Assembly: GCA_964106645.2 (NCBI GenBank)
Contig: OZ067041.1
DNA length: 64,000 nt
Source: Podarcis pityusensis
Lineage: Eukaryota
Direction: 5' to 3' (one strand)
Of the stretch, positions 1 through 11,260 are shown piece by piece. The notes beneath the pieces were generated by a model. It ran no database searches. It was not told the DNA's origin and saw only the letters and a program-made list of their open reading frames with translations. A program made the position numbers and the translations under genes. The stretch's first letter is position 1; each line of letters opens with the position of its first letter.

Positions 1-1517
1 GAGCCTTTTTCATCTGGGCTGTTCCTAAGAGTCTCACCCATGTCCTACTGCCTAGTTTCACACACAGAGCAGGCCAACTCTGCATGGTATTGAACAACTT
101 CTACATCCTTCTACTCTACATCCATTCCTATAAGCATTGTCCCAAAAAAAATCCTACTTATTTTCTCCATAAGAAAGCAACCATCAAATTAAGGGAGTGG
201 CGCCCTAGCACTTATGCCATCCTTGAAGGTGACAGGTTGGCCATTTGTAGCAGCTTTTCCTTTTTAGTTCCTGGCCCAGGAAGCTGATGCAAACTGGTGA
301 AATACGGTCAGGCTAGCTGCCATTTTGAGTGCAAATCCAATTGAGGTGTCCAGTACTATGTCTAGTTGAGCACTGTTAGATCAGTTTCCTTGCTCAAAAT
401 TAGTTCAGAATCTGTTCTCTTTCATTTAGGACAATAGAGCATTTACCCAGATAACCAACTCAGTTCACCCCCCCCCCCATTAGTATGTGCTCTGCAGATG
501 TGCACAAATAATTAGTTTGGGTACAGTTAATTATCACTGGGCAAAAAGACATATGCCGAAGCATTAGATCTGAAATGGCCATTACTACCACTGCTAATAA
601 TGCTGCAATCCTTGGAATTGCTACTCATTCCCACCAATAAGCCCAGTTGCATTGTCCCCAGCTGTGGACGAGAGCAATCTATCTAATTTCCTGGAACAAA
701 ATATGGCAAGCAGGGGATGTGCTAACTCTTAAATTTCAGTGTCCCTATTACTCCAAGTTTCTAACAGCTGATTGGGTATTGTGAGGAGCAATCTGTCTCT
801 AAATGCTAATGGGCCCATGCTTGTGATATAAAATGCAGGTATGGCTTTTTTGGAATATATAAAATACAACAACCTGGGATGTTCAGAAATCTTCATACCA
901 CCACACAAAGAATGATTTGTAATCCATTATATAGTGCATTCATTAGTACAATGTTCTATGTGAAACCATATTTTCTTATTATTTTGCTGAGAAACCATTT
1001 CAGGATTCCTGTACAGGTGTTGCTCTGGTTCATTTGACATCTTGAGTTTTAATAAGAGATCATAGGGAATGAAAGATTATGCACAATGCTGACAAGTTGT
1101 TTGCTTCTACTGTGCAATTTCCTGGGAAGCAAATTAAATGTTTGTTTTAAAATGTAAAAGGCACTGTATCTTTTTTATTGTTGCTGTTGTTCTATTCATT
1201 GTTGTCAATTAGGTGTGATGAACAGTCCAAAGAGAAAATAATTTAATCATCATCAATCTAGCTTGGGCTACTGCTTTTGTTGATACTTCCTTCATGGAGA
1301 AGTTGAAATACAGAATTGGAAATACAGCTTTGTGGTAATTGCTGTCACATTGACTGGGAACTATTATTTTTGCCCAACAGTAGAAGTGGCTGAAATAAGA
1401 CCAAGTTAGAGAGCTGGAAATTGAGAGGCTGAAATTTTAGTCCTATTATCTTATTATTTGCTTGTAAGACTGTGTTGACAATGGAAAGCAGGGCCTGGCT
1501 GTGCTACTGGTGTCATC

Positions 1518-1882
1518 CCAGGTAGTGGGTGGTGCTGTGGTTTAAACCACTGAGCCTCTTGGGCTTGCTGGTCAGAAGGAGGTTTGAATCCACGTGATGG
1601 GGTGAGCTCCCGTTGCTCTGTCCCAGCTTCAGCCAACCTAGCAGTTTGAAAGGAAACCAGTGCAAGTAGATAAATAGGTACCACTGTGGTACCTATTTCT
1701 GTACGCTCTGGCTTCCGTCATGGTGTTTTTTGCACCAGAAGCGGTTTAGTCATGCTGGCCACATGACTCAGAAAGCTGTCTGTGGACAAACACCAGCTCC
1801 CTTGGCCTGAAGTGAGATGAGCAGCGCACCCCATAGTCACCTTTGACTGGACTTAACCATCCAGGGATCCTTAACCTTTACA
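1518..1882 (+). mobile_element. Sauria SINE, near full length
   Basis: Diagnostic body GAGCTCCCGTTGCT...GCCAACCTAGCAGTT...AAGTAGATAAATAGGTACC and ACCTTT-type tail; collinear with the copies at 18820 and 44753; candidate TSD GGTGTCATC at 1509-1517 and 1883-1891. Confidence 0.9.
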
Positions 1883-3274
1883 GGTGTCATCTCTAACATC
1901 TGTGTACATCTGTGTATCTAGCATGTGCATCTTCAGTTGAGTGCTTAGGTGTTCATGCAGTCATCTGTTCTGGACACACAGACACTAACTGGGCAGGACA
2001 AGGAGCCCTGCTGTCCATGTGGTAGTCCATATGCAAGGTGCATGTGGATGCATCTTTCTTTACAAAACACAAACCTAAGAAGCTGGCATACAGATCTTGG
2101 AAACCTAAGCATAACTGACTGCAACCCTACTACTAGGTAATAAATGTATAGGAGACAGTTACAAGGCAGCCTAGGTCAATGGTGGCTACTGTTGCCTCCA
2201 ATAGCTCTTATAATATCTTAAAATCAAAGCTTAAAACCAAACCCTGAGGTCTCTTAAGAAGTCCCCACCTGAGTTTCTTGCCTGATCCTACCTTGCCCAT
2301 CTGTACAAGAGCTTCTGCCTGGTGAGTGCCAGTAGGTCATATTTTCCACCCTGTATTTAAAGCTTAATTTTGTCTTGCTTCTTTCCCATACTCTGTGCAT
2401 TAGTATAGAGACAACTGAAACCATAAGTCATTCCCTCCAGCTATTTCCTTCTTATTGCTGCCTGCACTTTAGCAGGTTTCCGTAGTACAACCTTAGTTTC
2501 CTGTGCATCAATGAAGCTGCTACCCCCAGTACCAGGTGTTCCGTTGTCCTTTGTAATATTGTCTCCCTTCCCCTCAGGAGCTCTCTCAGGTTTGTGAGTC
2601 TCTGTAGCTTCCACAGCCACCTTGGTGTATTCTGAGATCTGCGACTGCTGTCCTTGCACCTCTGGGCCAGAATCAGTATCCAAGGTGAGAGATTGGAATC
2701 AATCTTACAGCTCCAGTGACACAACATGGCTTCTGTGTGTCACCTTCCTCCAGGGGTTCATCTCCTGCAATGGACAATCTTCCTTCTCCACTCTGCCCTG
2801 TCAAGAAGTTCCTCATGTTGCCTAGTACCTTGAAGTGTAGATAGGCTTCCTGAGAAGAGACAAACCAGGGGCTTAAGGGGATCTCCCCCTCCCCACATCC
2901 ACACAAATCAGCAACCCACTATAAGCCCTAATTTTGGTGGGGTAACCCATGAGATTACTATCATGTGGAGGGGGGGGAGTACTGCTCCACCATCATTTCC
3001 CCTGCTGGGCACCCCGTCCTTCACAGTCCACACATTTGGGAGATGGTGTGGTCTGCTCTAAAAACACTGTGACCCTGAATTTCCCTTGCCCTGTAGAAAA
3101 CCAATTGCAATTTTGATTACTGCAATGAGCTGGGTAGTGATGAGAGCCTCCCACCTGGAAACACCTACCACCCATATACAAGAACAAGACATTACAAGGC
3201 ATCGCAATTCGTCCCCCTGGCTCACTTTAATTGATTATTCAGTAAACACTGTTTTCTTCTTTACCTGTCTATTC

Positions 3275-3875
3275 ATAAGAACATATAGAACCTTTCTGGA
3301 TCAAACCAAAGATCCACCAACATCCTGTTTTCAATGCTTTCAGTAAACCCACAGGTAAGGCATTAAGGTCATCCCTAGCTGTTTACCTCCTCAGCAACTT
3401 ATACTGAGAAAAATAGTGCTTTCAAATATAGAGTGTCCACTGAACTGTCATTGATAGACCTATTAGCTATAAAAGCATGTGGCAATAGCAGTGAATTTCA
3501 TAACTGTATGATATGTTGTATGGAGAAATGCTTCTTGATCTGTACCGGACAGTACTTTTATGTACTGTCCATCAATAAAATTGAGTGACCTGGAGTTCTA
3601 CTTTCGCCAGAGAGAAGAAAATGCACCTGTGTCCACTTTTTGCAAATAATGCATAATGTTATAAGGGTCTGTCATTTCCCTGTCATTTTTTTTTCTAACT
3701 AAGAAGTTCTGAATATTTTACCATTTCCTTTCCTTTCAGAGAAATTGCTCAAATACCTTGATAATTACCCTTTTCTGAATCTCTTTCTCTTATTTTAACT
3801 CTACAATGTCCTTACTAAGATGTAGATACCAAAGATATACACAATATTCCAAATACAGCCATACCATAGATTTGT
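3275..3875 (-). mobile_element. Degraded CR1-type LINE 3' fragment
   Basis: Starts CATAAGAACAT...CTGGATCAAACCAAAG (reverse of a CR1 3' end), resembling 10425-10720; ends with TACACAATATTCCAAATACAGCC, typical of reversed CR1 ORF2 sequence. Boundaries approximate. Confidence 0.55.
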
Positions 3876-5989
3876 GTGCTGTGTTTTTACTTTTCTAATA
3901 ATTTCAGACACCAGATAACCACAACCGACTACCTCCAGATGGGTGACTCCTCAGACTAACAACCATTGCTCTTCCACATGTAGCTTACAGCAGGGATTGC
4001 AGTTGATTCTCCACAATATTTTGGATATTGCACCTTTTGTCTATCAGTGATGCAGCTTCCATGCGTCAGGGAAGTCTAGTTTACCTGTGTGGCCATTTGA
4101 AGCTCACTCTCAATATAATCTTTGCAGTTGGTGCCATGTTATCATCTGATTAATTTTCTTAATCAGCATTTTAATTAGCATGAAAACGCTTTTCTAGCTA
4201 TAATTCTTTTTTAAAAAAATAAGTGAATGAAACTGTGTTTATAGTGCTATAACACCTTTTAATGTTTAAAATGATTCCTCCCCCAAAATAACCCCCTGTT
4301 TTTTCATTACTATTTTAGTGCTGCTATTTTGTAGAAAGCTGGTCTGCCTATGTGCTAAGGAAAGATGGAAGACAGACAGGAAAAATACAGGGCAATGTCA
4401 TGGTACCAGGGCATCATGTGGCTGCTGTTTAAAAATTGAGCAAATGAAGCATGGAAATTCCACACTAAATGCTTAAACTGTATCCATATGAGGGAGCTAT
4501 GTTGCAAATAAGTCATTCAGATCCAAGAGTTAGATAATGTTGCTGTAAATTGTTTTGGAGATTCTGAGCTTACATCAGAAGTTGAGTTAGCTGATGGTAC
4601 TTCTGATTTTTTCCCCCTTTTACATTATTGATATTCGTTCATGTTATTATTGTGTTTGTACTTAAGCATATTATAATGTAATTGTCATGGCCTTTGGCTA
4701 TTATAGTAAGCTTATTGAATGCAGTGATCCAATTTTTCCTGTGTGTGAGATTGACGCATAGGGTGCCTCACACCATTTTTTTCATTCACCATATTCTTTG
4801 TTATTTCACTGCTTGTCATCCACCCCAGTGAGTGCAGCTTGACATAAAATTTCCTGGGTGTGGTTCTTTTCCTCCATTCAATCTGACACCACCACTAACC
4901 AGTTAATTTAGAGGATCAAAATGCAGAAATGTACAAGATCCATAATAATAAAAACAAACTAAGAATGGCTGTGAACTGGATTCGGCTGAATACTGAACTG
5001 AATCGGGAAGATCTGAGGCTTGTCGAAATCAGGTTGAGACAGCCTCAAATTGTTCCTGGTTGGGTCAATCTACCTGAGGTAATCCAGGGCTGTCAAAAGG
5101 CAGGGTGGTGGGTGGCAGGGGGAGGAGAAGGAGAGGCAGCCAGCCTCTGAACAGAGCAGTGTGTTGCTGTTTGCAAGAGGGCTTTATCTACAGATGGAAG
5201 AGAAACAAAAGAAACCTGATCTTGCCAGTGTTAGCCGACTTTGAATGCCAACATCTGAATCACCCCCTGAATGTGCATGAGAAATTTGTGGTGAAAATGG
5301 TCACGGTGAAATGTGAAGCAAATCAGAGGTCAAAGTGACTTGGAGACTTCTTTCCTAATCTACTCTGTCATGTAAACACTCAAGAACCCACTCAGTTTTT
5401 TGAAGGATGGTTTATTTCATTTTATATCATATGCTGCAAAAATTAACTGAGCTCAACAATCTTGGTTCTCAAAAGCCTTTTCAGCACTGGAAGAGAAAAG
5501 AGAAATGGGTGTTTTAAAAATCTCTTGAATATCATATTTTTCTCACATTGTCAGCTAGCAAAATGTCAGCTGAAAGTAAAGTCTAAATGTGAAATCAAGG
5601 CTTTCAGACTCTCTGTATCTGATTTCAGTCACATGCTCTCTTAGTGTGCCAGCACATCATTTTGTGTAAATGGACAAGGGTCTGGTCTGTACTCAAACTG
5701 AAGGCTGCCAAGAATAAACAGATGCTGTAGGATGCAGACATGTTTTTTTTCACTCTGACTCAGTGTGATATCAATGCCTGGCATGATACTAGTAGGCACC
5801 AATATATTTATAGATCCAATATATTTATTTCCAGTGCAGAGTTTGGTGTGATCCTCTTTGCACGTATGGAGCTCCTGCACATGTAAAAGCTTCTTTATTG
5901 ACTACAGTGTCCAGGATAGCTCCATCCTGTATAATGGGGGTGCACACTGGGGTCCCTAAATTACTGAGCTACTGGATCCACATGAATGA

Positions 5990-6150
5990 CTGGTCAGTCT
6001 GGTGCAGTGCTTGGAGTGGGATGCTGGGAAAACCAAGGTTCAAATCTCCACTGCCATGAAGTTCACTAGATGCCTCAGCCTAACATTCTTCACGGAAAAA
6101 GGCTTTTTGTAAGGATAAAGTGGAGATAACCACGTACAGCACCTTGAGGT
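5990..6150 (+). mobile_element. Old tRNA-derived (MIR/CORE-like) SINE fragment
   Basis: B-box-like GGTTCAAATCTCCAC followed by GCCATGAAGTTCACT...CTCAGCCTAAC...GTAAGGATAAA; heavily diverged. Confidence 0.45.
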
Positions 6151-6904
6151 CTTTCAAGTCAATAATAAATAGCAATTAAATGATTGTGTGCCATGAACTG
6201 GGAATATAGCCCCTGCTAACTCAAGTCACATGTAACTGACATAAACTTTACATAATTATCATCAACACTAGAGGTGCCAAACTGTTTTGGTACATAACCC
6301 CCCCCCCAAAAAAAAAGTATCCTAGAAATATTTTATGAGTGTACTACCATTAAAATAGATGGGATTCATGTTTATTGTGAGGCTTTGATTCTATGGAGAC
6401 AAGAAACAAAGAACAAATATGCATGTGTGTGGATTAAAAAATAAAACCAAGCAAACAGTGGCATGTAATGTGGTCTTAGTTGATTGAAAAAGAACATAAT
6501 ACTCATCCTCAATAGATAGGATTTATAGGAATTTGGTTAATGGGATTTCCTCCTGCAGATGGAATTGTATCTTGCTGCTGTGCCTTCTACAAAATATTAC
6601 CATATGTACTGCTTTCAGTAGTGAGATCACTGAGTGAGTGAATGAATGAATAAGAATTGATTGGATTATAGGTACAAAAACCATTTAAATTCTGACTCTG
6701 TTGGCCAGTGTTATCTCAAGTGAGGAAAGGCAGTCCACATTATCGGCTCCATTGGTTAGAGTATTGTCAAAGTTAAAAGAAAAGATCTTCAAAAGTATTT
6801 TTGCTGAGTACCTGCTTTATCAAATGCCCTTAAATGTTAGAAAAAGTTATATGTTTAGCTCTTCTTTTGTACTATTTAGCAGTTTGAAGTGGTACATTCT
6901 GATA

Positions 6905-7110
6905 TAGGTGTGGTGGTACCTACCCTTTGGAATTCCCTCCCCTTGAATATTAGATGGACTGCTGTCTTTTCAGCACCTATTGAATATCTTCCTCTTCCAG
7001 CAATCCTTTCCCAATCTGTATCTGTATTGGAAATGTTTTTAAGTTGTTTTATTGTTTTATCATTTTCACACTGCCCTGAACTCCTTTGGAAATAAAGGTA
7101 ATATATAAAA
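6905..7110 (+). mobile_element. L2-type LINE 3' end
   Basis: Encodes the L2 terminal motif PTLWNSLPLNIR (ORF 6889-7095), followed by a T-rich 3' UTR and terminal stem region. Confidence 0.6.
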
Positions 7111-7114
7111 TCAT

Positions 7115-7152
<38 letters not shown>
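7115..7152. repeat. Compound (AC)n(AG)n microsatellite
   Basis: Seen directly, immediately after the L2 tail. Confidence 0.95.
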
Positions 7153-8428
7153 TCCCATAACAAACTGAAAATTTATCGATCATTTTCTGATAAAATTTCT
7201 GAGATAGTTTCCCACACACACACACACTCCTAGAAAAAGGTGACTGCAGAATTCTCTCTGAATAATGTCTGCTATGTTTTCATAGCAGTGTGAGGAGACA
7301 ATGTATTATTTAGCAGTACTGAAGATAAAGGTATATGGGTTAGACCTAGGAATGAGTTAAGTTTTGTCCTATGGTAAATGAAACATGAGGTGAAACTGTA
7401 TTTGATTAGACCTCAGAACTCTGCGAAGGTTATATTGTATGAAGGCCTGAATGCTAGCAGAAGCCGTGGTTACGGTTGCTAAGGAAGGAAACACCTTTGG
7501 CAGCTAGTAGTACTGAAAGTGAATGTCCCTGGTATTTATACTTATCAGGGGCATTAGAAAGGTTTAATCTGATTGGTGTTCTGAGAATCGCTTTTAAAAC
7601 CCCTATTGATCCTTGAAATAAAGGTCAGTAGAAGGGGGAACTGCAAGGTGGCCAGAGGCAGTGGTCAGTAAAGACTAGAAAACTAGAAGAAGTTATTTTA
7701 AGAGCCTTTTGGAGCTGGGGTCATGGAGAGAAGGGCCTGAGGACGGAAGACAGAAAGTTAAAGAAAACAGGAAGAGATAGGCAACAGAAAGCATAGTGTT
7801 CAAAAGCACAAGGCTGAGACAGAGAAGAAGACCCAGGCCTGAAGAACATCTAGAAGAGGAAGAACCAGAAGACAGCAGCTAGTAATAAAGAATTCCAGAA
7901 GAGATGGAAAGTGTTTTGTTGTTTAGTCATTTAGTCGTGTCCGACTCTTCGTGACCCCATGAACCAGAGCACGCCAGGCACTTCTGTCTTCCACTGCCTC
8001 CCACAGTTTGGCCAAACTCATGCTGGTAGCTTCAAGAACAATGTCCAACCACCTCGTCCTCTGTCGTCCCCTTCTCCTTGTGCCCTCCATCTTTCCCAAC
8101 ATCAGGGTCTTGTCCAGGGAGTCTTCTCTTCTCATGAGGTGGCCAAAGTATTGGAGCCTCAGCTTCACGATCTGTCCTTCCAGTGAGCACTCAGGGCTGA
8201 TTGCCCTAAGAATGGAGAGGTTTGATCTTCTTGCAGTCCATGGGACTCTCAAGAGTCTCCTCCAGCACCATAATTCAAAAGCATCAATTCTTCGGTGATC
8301 AGCCTTCTTTATGGTCCAGCTCTCACTTCCATACATCAGTTACAGATAGGTAGCCGTGTTGGTCTGCCATAGTCAAAACAAAAAAATTCCTTCCAGTAGC
8401 ACCTTAAAGACCAACTAAGTTAGTTCTT

Positions 8429-8468
8429 GGTATGAGCTTTCGTGTGCAAGCACACTTCTTCAGATACC
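8429..8468 (-). ncRNA. Minimal type I hammerhead ribozyme motif (PLE-type), antisense copy
   Basis: Reverse complement GGTAT-CTGAAGA-A-GTGTG(CTTG)CACAC-GAAAGCTC-ATACC; 5-bp stem I. Confidence 0.8.
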
Positions 8469-8472
8469 TTCT

Positions 8473-8510
8473 GTATCTGAAGAAGTGTGCTTGCACACGA
8501 AAGCTCATAC
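8473..8510 (+). ncRNA. Minimal type I hammerhead ribozyme motif (PLE-type)
   Basis: GTAT-CTGAAGA-A-GTGTG(CTTG)CACAC-GAAA-GC-TC-ATAC: CUGANGA and GAAA cores, 5-bp stem II, stem I GUAU/AUAC, and palindromic AGCU in place of stem III. Confidence 0.8.
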
Positions 8511-9438
8511 CAAGAACTAACTTAGTTGGTCTTTAAGGTGCTACTGGAAGGAATTTTTTTGTTTTTCCATACATCACTACTGGGAAAACCATAGCTTTAA
8601 CTATATGGACCTTTGTTGGCAAGGTGATGTCTCTGATCTCTATTAAATAAATCAGTTTCCATTACTGTATCTCCAAACATAGGATGCTGTGATTTATTCT
8701 AACTGTGGCTGGTTAACATGTGGTTGGTTTGAGCATGTTTTGTCTTAACTAATCACATTTAGACTAAACCACAGTTTCTTGAATGTAATAGGAAACTGTG
8801 AAGCTTTCAATCTTTTCCTCTTGTGTCTAAAAGAGGGAAGAAAGAAACAAGCAAATCTAAGGATTGAACTCATAATAATGTTTGTTGCATCTAAGCTAGG
8901 CTATTTTAGAACTACTTCTCTAAAGAATCAACCTGGTTTTTTCCAAATTAATTTTAGAATTTTTCACCAATTTTAAGAATTTTGAGAGTAATTTCAAGTT
9001 TGGCTTTTTAAAAATGCTCTCAATAAATTTATCATCTGAATTTCATTAGCCCATACTAGCCAAATTTGTTTTAATGTTCAACGGTAATCTAATTTCACTT
9101 CTATTTTATTTATAACCATTATTTATGATCAAGAAAAGTTTTTCCATGCAAGGATAGAAGACTAAATAAATCAAATTTTTATTTATAATCAGCATGCCGA
9201 ATGAAGCATCAGCTATAAATAAATTATACACTGCCTGTGTGTGTGTGTGGCTATTACAATGGTGCGTTTCCCAACAACTGTCTAAAAGTCTAGAGCAAGA
9301 AAATTCTAGCTTTAGATGTCCTGGTTTCAATAGCCAGATAAGCACATGCTCCAGAGGAAAAAGAAGCTCACCTTTCGGGAGGTGCAGTAGTTCACTGGTG
9401 GAGCACAGACTTTGATGAATCTTAGATGAATATGCATA

Positions 9439-10295
9439 ATGACCGCTCCCCGCTTAAAACGGGGGGCGCCCTTTGCGTGGACGCGCGCAGCCCCTAGATC
9501 TGGAGCGGCTCCAACAGCATAGGCTTGGTTTGCCTTCCCTCAGGTGGGATACCTGGAGGCCTCCGCCTACCTCAGTCAGTTGTCCAATCCCACCTGGGGG
9601 AAGCATTGCCAAGGAGACCAGGCCAGGTAGGGGAGGGATTACCTGCCCACACAATAGAGGGAGGATCTTACCTGGGAATCCTCACTTGGCTCCAGAGCTT
9701 CTCCCACCCTACCCACCCTCAGTTAATGTCTTATTTGCAGGTTAACTTTTCTTCACAGGTTTTGCAGGTTAACTTTTCTTCGCAGGTATGCGGGCGCTGC
9801 TACATTAAGGTCGCTGTTAAAGGGCCGGAAAGGAATTTCCCTGCATTGGCAGGTTTCGCCTTTCCCGTAGCAAAATGTCACAACTTTGGCGGTATCAGGC
9901 CTTGGGCGGAATCTTTTAGTCCATCTTCCTCTTTGCGGCGGCGATACCAGGGTCCCCCTTTAAAGGGGTTTCTGAAGGGAGGCTTTGACCGTACGCCGAA
10001 AGGTCGTCATTGCTCTCCCCTGCGGCGGCGGCGTAACGGGGGCGGCTATCTCTGCTTGAACATATGTTCTCCAGAGCCGGCCCATCCCCCCCCCACACTG
10101 GATAACCCTGATGCTCCTTAGGTCCCCGGCTGGGGACTGGGGAGGGAGAACGCCCAATGCCTGAGCCAAGGTCTACCCACATTTGAAATTTAATAAAGTT
10201 GTGGCCAATTTAATCCCATAGCACGTTGTCATGAGTCGTTATTCCACATGACGGGGGGACCGCGCGGGATCTGGGGACTCCGCCTGTCCACGCAA
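9439..10295 (+). mobile_element. GC/CpG-rich non-autonomous element, tentatively DIRS/Ngaro-like (copy 1, most intact)
   Basis: Sharp GC/CpG contrast with flanks; imperfect ~29-bp inverted repeats TTTGCGTGGAC...CCCCTAGATC (from ~9471) and GATCTGGGG...GTCCACGCAAA (to 10295); AATAAAGTTGTGGCC near the 3' end; core shared with the copies at 47297 and 53170; no TSD seen; appears to split an old Squam3-like SINE (about 9382-9415 and 10296-10400). Superfamily assignment is inference. Confidence 0.6.
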
Positions 10296-10424
10296 AGTTT
10301 GAGGGTCAATCTCTAGGAACAGCAGTTAAAATACAAACACACCCAGAAAGAAAATTTGGAGAAGAGTCCTTGCCCAAGAGCTTGGGAAACCATTGCCACT
10401 CACAAGAGTTGCAAGAAAACAGTT

Positions 10425-10720
10425 CAGAACATAAGAGTAGCCTGCTGGGTCAGGCCAATGGCCCATCTGGCATCCTGTTCTCACAGTGGCCAACCAGATG
10501 CCAAATGGGAAACCTGCAAGCAGAATTCAAGCATAGAAGCTCTCTTCCCTCTTGTGGTTGCCAGCAACTGGTATTCAGAAGCATTATCGCCTTCAACTGT
10601 GGTGGCAGAAGAGAATCATCATGGTTGGCAGTCATCAATAACCCTCCATGAATTTGTGTAATGCTCTTTTAAAGCCATCTCAGTTGGTGGCCATTTCTGT
10701 CTCCAGTGTTTAACTATGTG
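10425..10720 (-). mobile_element. CR1-type LINE 3' end
   Basis: AGAACATAAGAGTAGCCTGCTGGGTCAGGCCAATGGCCCATC...CATCCTGTTCTCACAGTGGCCAACCAGATGCC, the typical reversed reptile CR1 3' terminus. Confidence 0.7.
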
Positions 10721-11084
10721 TTGATCCAGTAGCTTCATGCAACTTTCATATAAGGGACGGAAGGGGAGAGCTCTTGGTAAATTTTTATTGTTATATCATA
10801 GTTTAGAATGCACCATATGAACAATGTTTTTAAAAGCTCTACCGTGAGCTTCACTTATAGAAAAAAAACCCCTAAGCATAATTTAATATAGTGCAGAAAG
10901 TAAGTTCATTTATAATCTTAATAAAGATATCTGTGTAATAAATAGGAAATGAATTAGTAATTCTTCTTTTGGTGGTGCAGGTGCTCACAGCCCCACTTTC
11001 CTTCCTATTCCTGGTTACCCATATGCTTCCTGTACTTCATACCACTTCTCTCCAGAAAATTAAAACTAACATATTTATTGTTTC

Positions 11085-11260
11085 ATTGATTGTTTGTTTA
11101 TTCATTCATTCATTTTATTGTTTTATCATTATTTATTGTATTAAATTTGTATACCGCCCTTCATCTGAAGATCATAGGGTGGTTCACAACATAAAAATAC
11201 AAAATGAGAACACAAAATACATCATAAAACAAAAGCAAAAACAAACCATCAGGCCCCCCC
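11085..11260 (-). mobile_element. L2-type LINE 3' end
   Basis: TTTATT-rich tail then TACCGCCCTTCATCTGAAGATCATAGGGTGGTTCACA; near reverse complement of 55745-55800. Confidence 0.65.

Larger units (their letters stand above)
8339..8564. mobile_element. Penelope-like element (PLE) remnant: inverted pseudo-LTR pair forming a perfect palindrome
   Basis: Perfect inverted arms 8375-8467 and 8473-8565 (93 bp, 5-nt spacer CTTCT); 12-bp TSD TTCCATACATCA at 8327-8338 and 8565-8576; minus-strand end CAGACCAACACGGCTACC resembles reptile Penelope termini; contains hammerhead cores. Confidence 0.85.
7914..8635 (-). mobile_element. Bov-B (RTE clade) LINE, 5'-truncated 3' end, interrupted by the insertion at 8339-8564
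   Basis: ORF 7923-8336 (MYGSESWTIKKADHRRIDAFELWCWRRLLRVPWTARRSN...VHGVTKSRTRLND) is the classic Bov-B C-terminus and ends at an (AAC)n-like tail. Removing the insertion plus one TSD copy restores the frame RDITLPTKVHIVKAMVFPVV-MYGSES. Confidence 0.95.

Noticed and set aside
2180-2830. Possible solo-LTR-like remnant (also about 7350-7910)
   Set aside because: Purine/pyrimidine-skewed, LTR-like texture, but I could not define TG...CA ends or TSDs.
7923-8336. 137-aa ORF as a host gene
   Set aside because: It is the C-terminal part of a truncated Bov-B ORF.
9525-10121. 198-aa ORF in the GC-rich element
   Set aside because: Non-ATG start, no recognisable gag/RT/recombinase motif, and no equivalent long ORF in the two related copies.
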